A stretch of 64,000 nt of DNA. It comes from an uncultured Candidatus Saccharibacteria bacterium. Lineage in GTDB: Bacteria; Patescibacteriota; Minisyncoccia; 2-02-FULL-40-12; GWA2-44-9. The notes beneath the pieces are model-generated. The model saw only the letters and a program-made list of their open reading frames with translations, ran no database searches and was not told where the DNA came from. The DNA is taken from positions 2,743-66,742 of the forward strand of contig CAYHIK010000004.1 of the NCBI GenBank assembly GCA_964356795.1, written 5' to 3'. The translations under genes were made by a program, and so were the position numbers. This document shows positions 1-9,841 of this stretch, piece after piece. Position 1 is the first letter of the stretch; each line of letters opens with the position of its first letter.

Positions 1-96
1 GATGAGCACGGCAAACCCAATACCACGTATTCGCTCGCGATGCATACGTTTTTATTATCGCACATGTATTCGAATTTATTGAATAAAAAGTGGATA

Positions 97-130
97 TCAA
101 AAGCACCGCGCATGCGGTGCTTTTGATATG
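97..130. terminator. Palindromic hairpin with flanking A/T runs (bidirectional terminator-like)
   Basis: aaaagcaccgc-gcat-gcggtgctttt is a perfect 11-bp inverted repeat with an A-run before and a T-run after. Confidence 0.4.
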
Positions 131-187
131 TATCACGCTCACAGTCCGCATCAGCGGTATACGCGCTCGTTCAGGGTGCGTAACGCA

Positions 188-235
188 CTACGGCCTACTG
201 GCCTTTAGTATTTCCTCGCTCTCGCTCGGTCATCG
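188..235. repeat. Partial third copy (C) of the conserved 5' block of repeats A/B
   Basis: cggcctactggcctttagtatttcctcgctctcgctcggtc matches cggcctactggcctcagtacttcctcgctcgcgctcggt at 60590-60628 and the block at 62318-62348. Confidence 0.45.
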
Positions 236-304
236 AAAAGCAGTGGGCTTTGGTACAGCAACTGAACATTGCGCATATCTAGGCTATTTTCTTGAACTTT
301 TGAA

Positions 305-410
305 ATCGAGTATGCCCATTCGAGCAGGCTTTCGGAGCGCGACGGCGCGAGAACGAGACGCCCCGCCAGTGAGGCGGGGACGTCGTACTGCTGGAGTGGG
401 TATGCTCGAT
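305..410 (+). repeat. Structured about 105-nt repeat element, copy 1 (candidate ncRNA)
   Basis: Core GGCTTTCGGAGCGCGACGGCGCGAGAACGAGAC, hairpin ccccgcc-AGTGA-ggcgggg, then GTCGTAC. A 14-bp outer stem (atcgagtatgccca/tgggtatgctcgat) has two G-T wobbles that pair only on the + strand. Confidence 0.5.
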
Positions 411-424
411 TGCAGAGCAACCAA

Positions 425-1942
425 CTAGCGAGCGTACTCCACGGAACGTGTCTCGCGGATGACGTTCACGCGGATTTCTCCAGGATACTTCATTTCCGTC
501 TCAATTCTCTGCGCAATATCACGTGCCAATTGAAGGGCAGCCATATCATCAATCTTACTTGGGGTCACAAAGACGCGAACCTCACGCCCCGCTTGAATGG
601 CATAGGACTTCTCCACTCCATCAAATGAGCCAGCGATGCGCTCCAAGTCCTCGAGACGCTTGAGGTAAATCTCAACCGTGTCGCGGCGAGCACCAGGGCG
701 TGCGCCAGAAATGGCGTCTGCGGCTTGCACGATGCGACTCTCCAGAGAACTGTATGGATATTCTTCGTGGTGCGCCTCCATGGCCTTGATAACTTTGTCA
801 TCGATGCCGAATTTGGCGAGAATCTTACGGCCAATTTCCACATGCGTACCCTGCACCTCATGGTCCACAGCCTTTCCGATATCGTGGAAGAGCGCGCCTT
901 TCTTGGAAACCATCACATCGGCGCCGACTTCAGCGGCGAGCATGCCGGCAACATGCGCCATTTCAGTGGAATGCACGAGCACATTCTGACCAAAGCTCGT
1001 TCTAAATGCGAGACGTCCGAGGAGATACACGAGCTTCGGATCTACCATACCCACACCACACTCGATGAGCGCAGCTTCTCCTGCCTGGCGAATCTTTTCA
1101 TTAATCTCAACGCGCGCCTTCTCGACGCACTCTTCAATCTTCGTCGGATGAATGCGGCCATCAGCGATGAGTTTCTCCAGCGCTATCTTTGCAATCTGTC
1201 GGCGCACTGGATCAAAGCCAGAGATAACCATCGTTCCTGGCGTATCATCGATGATGACATCAACACCGGTGAGGCGCTCGAGCGTCTTGATGTTTCTACC
1301 TTCTTTACCGATAATCTTTCCCTTCAATTCATCCGATGGCAAACTCACCACAGTCGTGGTGGCATCTGCAATATGTGAACCCGCGTATCGCTGAATAGAA
1401 AGCGTAAGAATTTCTTTTGCCTTCAGTTCGAGCTGTTCGCGATTCTCGCCATCAAGTTTTCGGAGCTGGTGATACAGGTCCTCGCGGTACTGCTCACTTA
1501 CTTTCGTCATGATTTGCTCCTTTGCCTGCTCTCGCCCCAAACCGCTCACCCGCTCGAGTTCAGTGATTTGCTTTGCGCGTACTTGCTCTAAGTCGGCCTT
1601 GATTGCTACGACCTCTTCGCCTTTTTGCTTGAGTGATGCTCGCTCGGATGCAACTTCTTTCGTGCGATCCTCGAGGTCGGTTTCTTTTTTCGTCAAAAGA
1701 TTCTCGATTCGGTCGAGTTGCTTTCGTCGGTCACCCTCTTCGCGCTTTGCATCCTCGAGCACTTTGAGTGCCTTATTGTTTGCTTCAAGCACAATATCTT
1801 GGGCTTTCGCCTTTGATTCGCTAATGAGTGTCTCTGCGCGAGACTCTGCTTGAGCTACCTTACGACTGGCGAGAAACTTCCTGAGAAAGAATCCTATAAG
1901 AAACCCGATGAGCACCGCGGGTATCGAGAGGGTCAAAGACAT
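425..1942 (-). CDS. rny: Ribonuclease Y (N-terminal TM helix, coiled coil, KH domain, HD domain)
   Basis: 505 aa. KH motif LKGKIIGKEGRNIK; HD domain HSTEMAHVAGMLAAE...HDIGK; N-terminal membrane anchor. Confidence 0.9.
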   Translation of the reverse strand: MSLTLSIPAVLIGFLIGFFLRKFLASRKVAQAESRAETLISESKAKAQDIVLEANNKALKVLEDAKREEGDRRKQLDRIENLLTKKETDLEDRTKEVASERASLKQKGEEVVAIKADLEQVRAKQITELERVSGLGREQAKEQIMTKVSEQYREDLYHQLRKLDGENREQLELKAKEILTLSIQRYAGSHIADATTTVVSLPSDELKGKIIGKEGRNIKTLERLTGVDVIIDDTPGTMVISGFDPVRRQIAKIALEKLIADGRIHPTKIEECVEKARVEINEKIRQAGEAALIECGVGMVDPKLVYLLGRLAFRTSFGQNVLVHSTEMAHVAGMLAAEVGADVMVSKKGALFHDIGKAVDHEVQGTHVEIGRKILAKFGIDDKVIKAMEAHHEEYPYSSLESRIVQAADAISGARPGARRDTVEIYLKRLEDLERIAGSFDGVEKSYAIQAGREVRVFVTPSKIDDMAALQLARDIAQRIETEMKYPGEIRVNVIRETRSVEYAR

Positions 1943-2089
1943 ACATTTGATACGCGATAAAATCCGCGGCGCTGATCACGCGAGTGTGCGCTGTCTCTTG
2001 AGAATGCTGAAGCGTGAGGATCATCGGAGATTTTTGCGTTCCATTACGTTACGTGCTTGCACTATACCAGAAAAGCGTGAAAAAGCAAC

Positions 2090-3139
2090 TTATGCCAGTG
2101 TAGCCCCGCCGATAACACGATTTCGTCGATAGAGTACCACTGATTGCCCTGGCGCAATCGCACGCACAGCCTTTGAGAATGTGAGTGTGCGCCCTGAAAG
2201 TGTTGCCGGCACCGCTGTCGTGCGGTATCGAATCTTTGCGCGCACGCGAAGTGGCAATGCGGGGCGAGGGATGAGCCAGTGCACATGAGAAATCCTCGCA
2301 GTTCGCTTCATGAGATCCGCCTCAGAACCCACGACAACTGTATTGCGCTGTATATTCTTTGAGACGACAAAATACGGACCAGCGCCATCTCGGATATTCA
2401 GACCATGCCGCTGACCGATCGTATAGTAGGCAGCTCCATCGTGCGTCCCGATATGCTTCCCATCAGTTCCGAGAATATTTCCCTGACGCGACGCAATTGA
2501 GCGCTTGAGAAATTCTTTGACATCAAGCTGTCCCACAAAGCAGACCCCTTGGCTGTCTTTTTTCTGTGCAACCGCAAGGCGCGCTCGCCTCGCAATGATA
2601 CGAACCTCTGGCTTCGTGAGATGTCCGATAGGAAAGAGTATGTGCTGAAGTTGCTGCGCCTGGATACCCCAGAGAAAGTATGTCTGATCTTTTTCAGTGT
2701 CTGCCGACGTAGTGAGCGCGTATCCGGTCTTACTTTTTGCGATTTGCGCGTAGTGTCCCGTTGCGATGAAATCCGCGCCCTCCGAGAGCGCACGGTCAAG
2801 GAATAATCCAAACTTAATTTGACGATTACATTCGACGTCAGGGTTGGGCGTAGTGCCCGTGCGGTACGCCTCAATCATGGGCTGCGCAACGCCAGCACCA
2901 TACTCCTTGGAGAAATCCCATGTCTTGAACGATATACCGAGATGCGCAGCAACACGAAGCGCGTCTGCGCGGTCTTGCTCCCAGAGGCAGCGCAATCCCT
3001 TCGGCTGCCACGGCTTCATGAATACGCCGACAACACGGTAGCCGCTCCGAAAAAGCAGATGTGCGGCAACAGCGGAGTCGACTCCGCCCGACATCGCAAC
3101 ATACACTAATTTCCCTGATTTCGCGGGCTTCATATGCAT
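2090..3139 (-). CDS. mnmA: tRNA-specific 2-thiouridylase MnmA
   Basis: 349 aa. PP-loop VYVAMSGGVDSAVAA; GVCFVG motif; typical MnmA length. Confidence 0.9.
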   Translation of the reverse strand: MHMKPAKSGKLVYVAMSGGVDSAVAAHLLFRSGYRVVGVFMKPWQPKGLRCLWEQDRADALRVAAHLGISFKTWDFSKEYGAGVAQPMIEAYRTGTTPNPDVECNRQIKFGLFLDRALSEGADFIATGHYAQIAKSKTGYALTTSADTEKDQTYFLWGIQAQQLQHILFPIGHLTKPEVRIIARRARLAVAQKKDSQGVCFVGQLDVKEFLKRSIASRQGNILGTDGKHIGTHDGAAYYTIGQRHGLNIRDGAGPYFVVSKNIQRNTVVVGSEADLMKRTARISHVHWLIPRPALPLRVRAKIRYRTTAVPATLSGRTLTFSKAVRAIAPGQSVVLYRRNRVIGGATLA

Positions 3140-3211
3140 ATAGTATGCAATAAAAATTCAATTATAGCAAATATTGTATCCCGAGTCTCATCAGCGTAGG
3201 ATGCATCCACC

Positions 3212-4057
3212 ATGCAGAAATCCAGCATCCGCACCGTACGCATCTTTCGTCGACCCGGTCATACGAAAGCGCTCGAATGGGAACGACGAATCATCGCGTG
3301 GCTTCGGAAACATCAGCCCAGCGTTCGCATCACGCACGACGCGGCCGATCTACTCATCGCACTTGGTGGCGATGGAACCATCATCGAAGCAACTCGTCGC
3401 CTCGCACCGGAATCATCACTCGTGCTCGGCCTCAATCTTGGCACGGTTGGATTTCTCGCGTCGGTTCGTGTGCCGTCACAGTTTCTTCGCGCGCTGCGTC
3501 TCGTCTTTGCGGGTAAGTTCCGCACCGTTCCTCGCATGATGCTCTCGATCACCGTCACCCGCGCGCATTCGGTTGTGTTCGAATCGCCCTGTATGAACGA
3601 GGTGTTTATTCAGCACCCCTTCGGCACGGTCGCAATCGATGTACTCATTGGCGTGACCCGTGTGCAGAGCATCCGCGGCACGGGCGTCATCGCCGCAACT
3701 CCCACCGGTTCAACGGGATACAATCTTTCCGCACATGGGCCGATTATCGATCCCGAATTGCAATGCGTGATTATCACCGAAGTGCTCGATCACAACGTGC
3801 CCACACCAAGCATGGTCATCCCCTCCGACAAACACATTCATTTTCGCATTAAGGATTTTCGAAAACGAAACACCATCCACATCGATGGCGCTCGCGGGCT
3901 CCACGACGTCATCCTCGCCATCGATGGGCAGGCATTGTTTCCTTTAGAGAAATCAGATACGATCACGGTCACAAATTCAGGTCGCTCATATTCCCTTGTT
4001 GAGTTGGAGTCGAGCTATTTCTATACCAGCCTCCATGAAAAATTCAGCCTCACCTAA
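3212..4057 (+). CDS. nadK: NAD kinase
   Basis: 281 aa. GGDGT motif (LIALGGDGTIIEA); NGTVGFL-like motif; ATPTGSTGY. Confidence 0.85.
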   Translation: MQKSSIRTVRIFRRPGHTKALEWERRIIAWLRKHQPSVRITHDAADLLIALGGDGTIIEATRRLAPESSLVLGLNLGTVGFLASVRVPSQFLRALRLVFAGKFRTVPRMMLSITVTRAHSVVFESPCMNEVFIQHPFGTVAIDVLIGVTRVQSIRGTGVIAATPTGSTGYNLSAHGPIIDPELQCVIITEVLDHNVPTPSMVIPSDKHIHFRIKDFRKRNTIHIDGARGLHDVILAIDGQALFPLEKSDTITVTNSGRSYSLVELESSYFYTSLHEKFSLT

Positions 4058-4841
4058 ACGGGTAAAGCTAGGGGTATTCGATATCGACGGAACTATCTTC
4101 CGCTCAAGTCTTGTGATTGAGGTGTTCAATGGCCTCGTTGATGCTGGCGTATTTCCCCACGAGGCGCGCGAGATAGTCTCGAAATCATTCGTACGGTGGC
4201 TCGATAGGAAGGGCCACTACAATGACTATCTTATGAAGTTAGTGCGCACCTATTATGAGTACCTCCCCGGCACCAATGCAGTACTCGTTGACGCAGTCAT
4301 CGCGCAAGTTGTAGATCGACAAAAAAATCGCGTGTATCGGTATACCCGCGACCTCATCCGAGACCTTCGCGCAAAGGGGCACCACCTCGTCGCAATATCC
4401 AATTCTCAAAATGTCATGGTGCAACACTTTGCGACCGCGCAAGGATTCGACGCCGCGATTGGCAGAAATCTGGAAGTTGCTGACGGCGTATACACAGGGA
4501 GAATTTTATTCGAAGGAAAGCCGTTCCCTATTTCTGCGCATCTCGATAAGGTTCACATCCTCAAGAGCTACCTCGCAGATGCGCACATCGAGGCCGACCT
4601 CGAACACTCCTACGCGGTAGGAGATTCAGAGGGTGACATTGAGCTCCTTCGCTCTGTCGGACACCCAGTCGCGTTCAACCCCTCACTTCCGCTCGCGCGC
4701 ATCGCACGACGGCATGGGTGGCAAATGATCGTGGAGCGCAAAGATGCCATCTACGACATCCACGATGCATCGTTCATCCACCACGATGAGCATCAAATTG
4801 TCCGCCTACGCTACGCAGCCATACCGAAACGCCCTCGGTAA
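4035..4841 (+). CDS. HAD-superfamily hydrolase (phosphoserine-phosphatase-like)
   Basis: DIDGT motif I (VFDIDGTIF) and GDSEGD motif IV. Start chosen at an internal ATG (4035) after the nadK stop. Confidence 0.6.
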   Translation: MKNSASPKRVKLGVFDIDGTIFRSSLVIEVFNGLVDAGVFPHEAREIVSKSFVRWLDRKGHYNDYLMKLVRTYYEYLPGTNAVLVDAVIAQVVDRQKNRVYRYTRDLIRDLRAKGHHLVAISNSQNVMVQHFATAQGFDAAIGRNLEVADGVYTGRILFEGKPFPISAHLDKVHILKSYLADAHIEADLEHSYAVGDSEGDIELLRSVGHPVAFNPSLPLARIARRHGWQMIVERKDAIYDIHDASFIHHDEHQIVRLRYAAIPKRPR

Positions 4842-4882
4842 GCGCACTGGCTCATTCATGCTTCCTAGGATACACTAGTCCC

Positions 4883-5518
4883 ATGTTTGATTTAGTAAAT
4901 CTTGTAAAAACAGCCGGCTATCTTGGTGTTGCGGGCATCGTATTCGCCGAATCAGGACTTCTCGTGGGACTCATCCTCCCCGGCGACAGCCTCCTCTTTA
5001 CTGCAGGTTTTTTGGCGTCGCAGGGATATCTCAATATTTTCGTGCTCTGCCTCGTCGCATTTGTGTCAGCTGTGGTCGGAGATAATGTTGGATACTATCT
5101 GGGAAATCGTTTTGGTCATTCGGTTTTTCGAAAAAAGGATTCGCTCTTGTTGAGTCCCGACCACATCACTCGTGCAGAAAAATATTTTGAACGCTGGGGA
5201 GCGAAGACCATCATTATCGCGCGATTTATTCCTGTCGTTCGCACAATCGCTCCCACACTCGCAGGAGTTGGCTCTATGAGATGGTCTGTGTTTGCGATCA
5301 ATAATATCATTGGCGGAATTCTCTGGGCAATCGGGCTGCCCGTGCTCGGATATGCCCTCGGATCTTCGATTCCGAATATCGATGCATACCTCCTTCCTAT
5401 TGTGGGTGGAATCATCCTCATCTCTGTTGCGCCCGGCATCATACATCTCCTCCGCGAGCCAGAGAGTCGTGCACACCTCATGCGTGGACTTCGCCACATG
5501 ATGCGCTGGGATCGATGA
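4883..5518 (+). CDS. DedA/SNARE-associated family membrane protein
   Basis: 211 aa, multi-TM. GYLGVAGIVFAESGLLVG...LPGDSLLFTAGFLA is characteristic of the DedA family. Confidence 0.8.
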   Translation: MFDLVNLVKTAGYLGVAGIVFAESGLLVGLILPGDSLLFTAGFLASQGYLNIFVLCLVAFVSAVVGDNVGYYLGNRFGHSVFRKKDSLLLSPDHITRAEKYFERWGAKTIIIARFIPVVRTIAPTLAGVGSMRWSVFAINNIIGGILWAIGLPVLGYALGSSIPNIDAYLLPIVGGIILISVAPGIIHLLREPESRAHLMRGLRHMMRWDR

Positions 5519-5733
5519 GAATCATCGTTGAAGCAAAAACAGCGCAACGCATAGAACGCATCACGCCAATCGGACCATCCCGATACGAGGTTCGCGTACA
5601 CGCCGAACCAAAAGAAGGGAAAGCGAACACTGCAATCATTTCCGCGCTTGCGAAGTATTTTAGCGTCCCACGCTCGCGCATCACGCTCAAGATGGGCGCA
5701 ACCGCAAAAACAAAGGTGTTCGAAGTGCTCTAG
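5515..5733 (+). CDS. DUF167/YggU family protein
   Basis: 72 aa. ...HAEPKEGKAN...L..F is typical YggU. ATGA overlap with the DedA gene. Confidence 0.55.
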   Translation: MRIIVEAKTAQRIERITPIGPSRYEVRVHAEPKEGKANTAIISALAKYFSVPRSRITLKMGATAKTKVFEVL

Positions 5734-5735
5734 AA

Positions 5736-5764
5736 AAAAACGAAGAGGCCCCGAAGGGCCTCAA
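5736..5764. terminator. Rho-independent terminator (serves the minus-strand gene 5766-6026; also follows the + gene)
   Basis: Hairpin gaggccc-cgaa-gggcctc with TTCGTTTTTTT on the minus strand. Confidence 0.55.
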
Positions 5765-5765
5765 T

Positions 5766-6026
5766 CTACGCGGTCGTCATCTTCGTCATCCAGCCACGCT
5801 CTCGCGCGATGGCGAACATTTGTCGCAGCAACTCAATGAACACATCGTTCGGAATGGATTCACGGCCAGATCCACCCCACGAGAACCGCCGGATCTCCCT
5901 GAAGCGCTGTGTCGCCTCATCGAGCCAGAACAGCCACTCCGTGCTCCCATACAGGACACAGATGGTTCCCCGCGTGTCATCGATTTCTCCGATGGTAATG
6001 CCGTTCTCCTGAACAGCCATACTCAC
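5766..6026 (-). CDS. Hypothetical protein
   Basis: 86-aa ORF with its own terminator; no motif recognised. Confidence 0.3.
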   Translation of the reverse strand: MSMAVQENGITIGEIDDTRGTICVLYGSTEWLFWLDEATQRFREIRRFSWGGSGRESIPNDVFIELLRQMFAIARERGWMTKMTTA

Positions 6027-6341
6027 CTCCTGTATTTATCATACTCCTATTTTATGTATTTGTCAATGACTCCCCTATTTCACGAAATTCTTTTTGAGAA
6101 AAACAATTTTAATTATTTTTTTGAAAATAATTTTTAAAGTTATCCACTTTTTTTCTATGCAATATCACTCTGCAATTTTATAATAGTGATGTCAGTCATT
6201 TACATGGTATTGGTATCTGTGATGGATAACTTGGTTGTCTCACGACATCCGGTGGTCGCCCATCACTCACCTATAAGGAGGAATACGAAGCAGGGCGTAT
6301 GCGCCGCGGCGCCTACGCATTGGTTCGTTGACCACCCAGCA

Positions 6342-6410
6342 ATGGTAAAGAAAAAGAAGAAAGTGGCCCCAAAGAAGAAAAAGGCCGCAGCAAAGAAGAA
6401 GAAGAGGTAA
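6342..6410 (+). CDS. Possible micro-ORF for a 22-aa lysine-rich peptide (MVKKKKKVAPKKKKAAAKKKKR)
   Basis: ATG 6342, stop 6408-6410; 16 of 22 residues are Lys/Arg. It follows an AT-rich promoter-like tract and a 10-aa uORF with an AAGGAGG site, and is directly followed by a hairpin terminator. Could be chance. Confidence 0.2.
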   Translation: MVKKKKKVAPKKKKAAAKKKKR

Positions 6411-6423
6411 TCTCGTCTTCGCT

Positions 6424-6452
6424 CCGATAAAAGCCCGAAAGGGCTTTTATCT
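6424..6452. terminator. Bidirectional hairpin terminator
   Basis: aaaagccc-gaaa-gggctttt is a perfect palindrome with A/T flanks. Confidence 0.55.
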
Positions 6453-6460
6453 TTATATAA

Positions 6461-6492
6461 GAAAAAACCGAGTCGTTGACCCGGTTTTATTC
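6461..6492 (-). terminator. Rho-independent terminator of gene 6487-7878
   Basis: Minus strand ccgggtc-aacga-gactcgg (one G-U pair) followed by TTTTTTCTTATAT. Confidence 0.55.
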
Positions 6493-7878
6493 GTTTCCGC
6501 TTCGAGCGTCTGCGAGTGCTGGCTCCCAATGATCCTTGAGAAACCGCAATTTCGCAATGTATCCTTTTGTTTCCGCGAGAAGACGCTCTCCCGATCGAGA
6601 CCCTCGAACTTCTGCCCAATCAGGACTCTTATTTTTCTTTGCGATGCGCACAATCTTGATAACTCTTCCGATGCCCGTGTTGTATGCAGCAGCAAGGTAC
6701 TCCTCGAGTCGCGGATCTGAAGTAATCGACTCCCCAAATGTACCCGTGAGCTGGGAGAGATTGTAGTCATGGAGGAGCACTGCGGCCTTCATGGCATTGA
6801 AGGGATCTCGCGCACCGTTCACAAAATCACCCGTAAGAAGCGCGGCAGGATAGAGTCTCTGCATCATCACATAGGTACCGGCAGTAAACTGCATGAGCCC
6901 ACACGCACTTGCAGGGCTACACGTGTAGGATGCGACGCGGTCACGATTTGCCGCAATCACAACTTGAATGCGTTCAGCAGTCCACAGTGGATCGAGGATG
7001 AACTCAGTCATATCCATGTGTTCGTTTGGCGCAAGACGCGCAAGGTATGATGGCTTCAGCGAAGACACATCGGCGACGCGAGCTCCTGGTGAGGCGAGCG
7101 ATTGCACATTGAGTCGGCGGAGCTCGTCATACGCGCGTTGCGCAAGCTGCTCAAGGTACGCACGCCCACCAAGTACGAGCTCGGGAGTGTGCAGGTCCTT
7201 CGTGTATCCAGTGTAGAACACGGGGACGGTAGTTTTCTCCGTCTTCGTTGTAGTAACTTTTTTGCCCGCTTTATTCTTCGTCGTTGTCTTGGTTGTGGTG
7301 ACCTTGATGTACGGATACGAATTCGCAATCACCGCAAAGCCCTCGGGACGATTGATCACAAACTCCGTGGCCCAGTTATTCCAACGAATACCATTCGCGC
7401 GGCGCACGACGTCGATGTCGTATTCGCGAGGAGTGATAAGAGTATCTCCGCGCTTGGTGACCACGACCGTGCGAAGTTCGCACGTCTCGAGGTTCATGAG
7501 CGCAAGTGCAATATCTTTTTCCGGGTCCTTAAACATCAGCGTCCTTCCCGCGCGAGCCTCCGTATACCGATACTCGTTCGAACCAACGTTCAGCGTGATC
7601 GGCTCGAGAAGAGAGCGAGACTCATCAATTTTTGCAGGAATGTCACATCCCGCTCGCTGAGGCTCTCGCGCATCTTCGGTATCGACGGCTTGCGCGATAC
7701 TCGGAAGCAAAAGCTCAGAAAACGAGAGCGGGCGAATTCGCAACTTCACAACGTCATCAACGGGCTCCATATGTTCTTGTGCGGCGGCCGGGGTGGGTGG
7801 TGACTGGAATCGTGCCGCGCACGCACCAGCCACGAGCGACATCACTATCACAAGCATCGTGGTTGTACGAGTGCGCAT
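6487..7878 (-). CDS. Secreted protein with a C-terminal lytic transglycosylase (SLT/lysozyme-like) domain
   Basis: Start set at MRTRTTTMLVIVMSLVAGACAA (signal peptide) with GGAGAT 6 nt upstream. SLT catalytic region CGLMQFTAGTY; central Thr/Lys-rich linker. Confidence 0.6.
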   Translation of the reverse strand: MRTRTTTMLVIVMSLVAGACAARFQSPPTPAAAQEHMEPVDDVVKLRIRPLSFSELLLPSIAQAVDTEDAREPQRAGCDIPAKIDESRSLLEPITLNVGSNEYRYTEARAGRTLMFKDPEKDIALALMNLETCELRTVVVTKRGDTLITPREYDIDVVRRANGIRWNNWATEFVINRPEGFAVIANSYPYIKVTTTKTTTKNKAGKKVTTTKTEKTTVPVFYTGYTKDLHTPELVLGGRAYLEQLAQRAYDELRRLNVQSLASPGARVADVSSLKPSYLARLAPNEHMDMTEFILDPLWTAERIQVVIAANRDRVASYTCSPASACGLMQFTAGTYVMMQRLYPAALLTGDFVNGARDPFNAMKAAVLLHDYNLSQLTGTFGESITSDPRLEEYLAAAYNTGIGRVIKIVRIAKKNKSPDWAEVRGSRSGERLLAETKGYIAKLRFLKDHWEPALADARSGNE

Positions 7879-7940
7879 GCCCAATCTCCATGAGTTATCA
7901 ACGGACTGGGCTGAAGATATCATACGCGTGCTGTTTGTCA

Positions 7941-9284
7941 TTATAAGTTCTTCTCAATTTCAGCTGCTTTCTGCTGAATGGTATTCGCGTATGAATTGCA
8001 CGTTGTCGTTGAGCAAGATCCATTCCCACTAATATAGGCCTTGGCGGCACGAATCTCCCCCGCGCGATCCTTGCTCGTTGCACCGCCGACTGCAAGCTTC
8101 ACCGCTGAAGCGGTGAATGCATCTTGGAAGTTCCAGGGGCTTACGGGATTGTTTCCCGTAATCTGAGCAACCTTCGCCTCGTAGCCAAGCCACGTTGATG
8201 GAATGAACTGCGCGGGCCCCATGGCTCCCCCACATCCATACGAGGGCTCCTTCGACACCTTTACCGAGTTTGGATCAAGTCCGAGCGCGCTCGTAATCTT
8301 CAAGAACGCATTTTTTTCAGTTTCAGATCGCTTAATGTAATATGCCTTCCGATCAGCAGTCTTTGCAATCTGTGAAAGTCGTAAATAACACTGCACCATA
8401 TCGTCTTGCCAGTTACCACTCCCAACATTTTTGCCGAGCCGCGATTCAACCTCGAGAAGTGCGAGCAAAAATGCGGGACGAATCCCCGCTCCAATAGCGG
8501 CAAGTTGAGCGTACTTCACCGCATCTTCAACGGTAATACCTCCTTGCAGTAAGAATGATATTTGCTCCTGAATTCTGGCAAGGTCTTGCTTCGTCTGCTT
8601 CACGAGTTGTTGATACTTCGCCTCTTCGCCTTTTGTTTGTTTTAATACGGTATTCTTTTGACCCTTTGCCGACGCAAGCTCGCGTTGTTGGAGTTCAGTC
8701 AGCCCCCGCATACGTTCAAGGTTTGAACGTTTCTCCTCAAGATCTCCTCGCTGAGCATCGAGCGCTTCCGCAAGCTCGCGCACAGAGCGGATTGTGAGTC
8801 GAAGATTGTCTTGGGTGCTCTGTACGCGATGAATATAATCGAAAAAATCCGAAAGCACCTCGTGGCGCAACAAGATTTGTGCAAGACTCATCTCGTCTGA
8901 AGCTGCGAGCTCGCGGAGATACTGCGCGAGCGCAGTTTGATAGAGACCTATCTTTCGCTGTGCCTCATCGATACTATCCGCTGTTTGCTGAATCTCGAGG
9001 CCAGTTTGATCAATCGAAGTGGAGAGCTGTTTTATCTGTGCCGTAATCTGCCCAATTTGCGCGTTCAGGCGAGCGATTTCGTTCTGCAGGGTAGCTGATT
9101 TTTGCCCAACAGCGTCCATCTGCGCCTGATATTCATCAATCTGTCGCTGCAACTCGTCTCTCAGTTGTTGCTTTTGTTGAATGTCCTCAGCGATTCCAGC
9201 AGATGCGGGCGCCACGCTCAATACGAACGATGAAAGAATCGCTCCGGAGAGTGCAATGATTTGGAATATGCGGCGCACGCTCAC
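7941..9284 (-). CDS. Secreted coiled-coil protein with a C-terminal lysozyme-like/transglycosylase domain
   Basis: 447 aa. Signal peptide; about 200 aa of Q/L/E-rich coiled coil; GAMGPAQFIPSTW (SLT-type motif). Confidence 0.6.
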   Translation of the reverse strand: MSVRRIFQIIALSGAILSSFVLSVAPASAGIAEDIQQKQQLRDELQRQIDEYQAQMDAVGQKSATLQNEIARLNAQIGQITAQIKQLSTSIDQTGLEIQQTADSIDEAQRKIGLYQTALAQYLRELAASDEMSLAQILLRHEVLSDFFDYIHRVQSTQDNLRLTIRSVRELAEALDAQRGDLEEKRSNLERMRGLTELQQRELASAKGQKNTVLKQTKGEEAKYQQLVKQTKQDLARIQEQISFLLQGGITVEDAVKYAQLAAIGAGIRPAFLLALLEVESRLGKNVGSGNWQDDMVQCYLRLSQIAKTADRKAYYIKRSETEKNAFLKITSALGLDPNSVKVSKEPSYGCGGAMGPAQFIPSTWLGYEAKVAQITGNNPVSPWNFQDAFTASAVKLAVGGATSKDRAGEIRAAKAYISGNGSCSTTTCNSYANTIQQKAAEIEKNL

Positions 9285-9733
9285 TCGACAATAATGGATG
9301 CCTCTCTGGCTTGCTCTGAGGAGCCTCCATGGTTATAGATGGTGCACGCTATGGGATGCGTAAATGAGATGGTGTATGAATCAGCGCGCATGAGCGGTCT
9401 CATTGAATTGATGTCTGCACAACCAGAACTTCCGAAACTATCACGCCCTACCACCCAGAAGGGTACGTCGGAAGTATTTCGAAAGATAATCGTGTCGCCA
9501 ACGCTTGCACGCAGTAATGCTGGGGTCACCCCTTCGTACGAAAATGTCATCGTGTGAGTCTGTGCAGCCTTGGCAGCGATTGTCGCAAGCGGCGTATTCA
9601 GCTGTTCATACGCGAGATACGTGGCCGTCGGCAGCGGGCTTGAATCTAGGGCGACACTATCGTCCGAATCATTCCATCGCGAACCAATCCAAAAAGACCC
9701 CGCCATCAATACAAGCGCAATCAATACACTCAT
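9281..9733 (-). CDS. Membrane-anchored/secreted hypothetical protein (possibly cupredoxin-like fold)
   Basis: Start set at MSVLIALVLMAG with AAGGGAG 5 nt upstream; N-terminal TM/signal; no metal-site motif confirmed. Confidence 0.4.
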   Translation of the reverse strand: MSVLIALVLMAGSFWIGSRWNDSDDSVALDSSPLPTATYLAYEQLNTPLATIAAKAAQTHTMTFSYEGVTPALLRASVGDTIIFRNTSDVPFWVVGRDSFGSSGCADINSMRPLMRADSYTISFTHPIACTIYNHGGSSEQAREASIIVE

Positions 9734-9841
9734 AATTCTCCCTTGTTTCTGATTCATAGATTCAGTATATCAAAAGCATACATTGGCAACAGTGCTCCAT
9801 GTGTATGCGCACCAGGCGCATGTGGTGTATACTATGATTAT

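Noticed and set aside
305-410. Structured repeat element considered as a hammerhead or other small self-cleaving ribozyme
   Set aside because: The GAG-[CGCG ACGG CGCG]-AGAAC segment superficially resembles a hammerhead stem II context, but the CUGAUGA box and the GAAA/UH arrangement are absent. There is no match to twister, pistol or hatchet cores either.
90-428. 112-aa + strand ORF at the window start
   Set aside because: It is built entirely from the repeat blocks (partial repeat C and structured-element copy 1), has no RBS and has low-complexity translation. It is most likely non-coding.
725-1378. 217-aa + strand ORF antisense inside rny (similar antisense ORFs occur at 7102-7803, 20422-21036 and 34086-34799)
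   Set aside because: Antisense ORFs within well-supported genes in a GC-rich sequence; no motifs; typical shadow ORFs.
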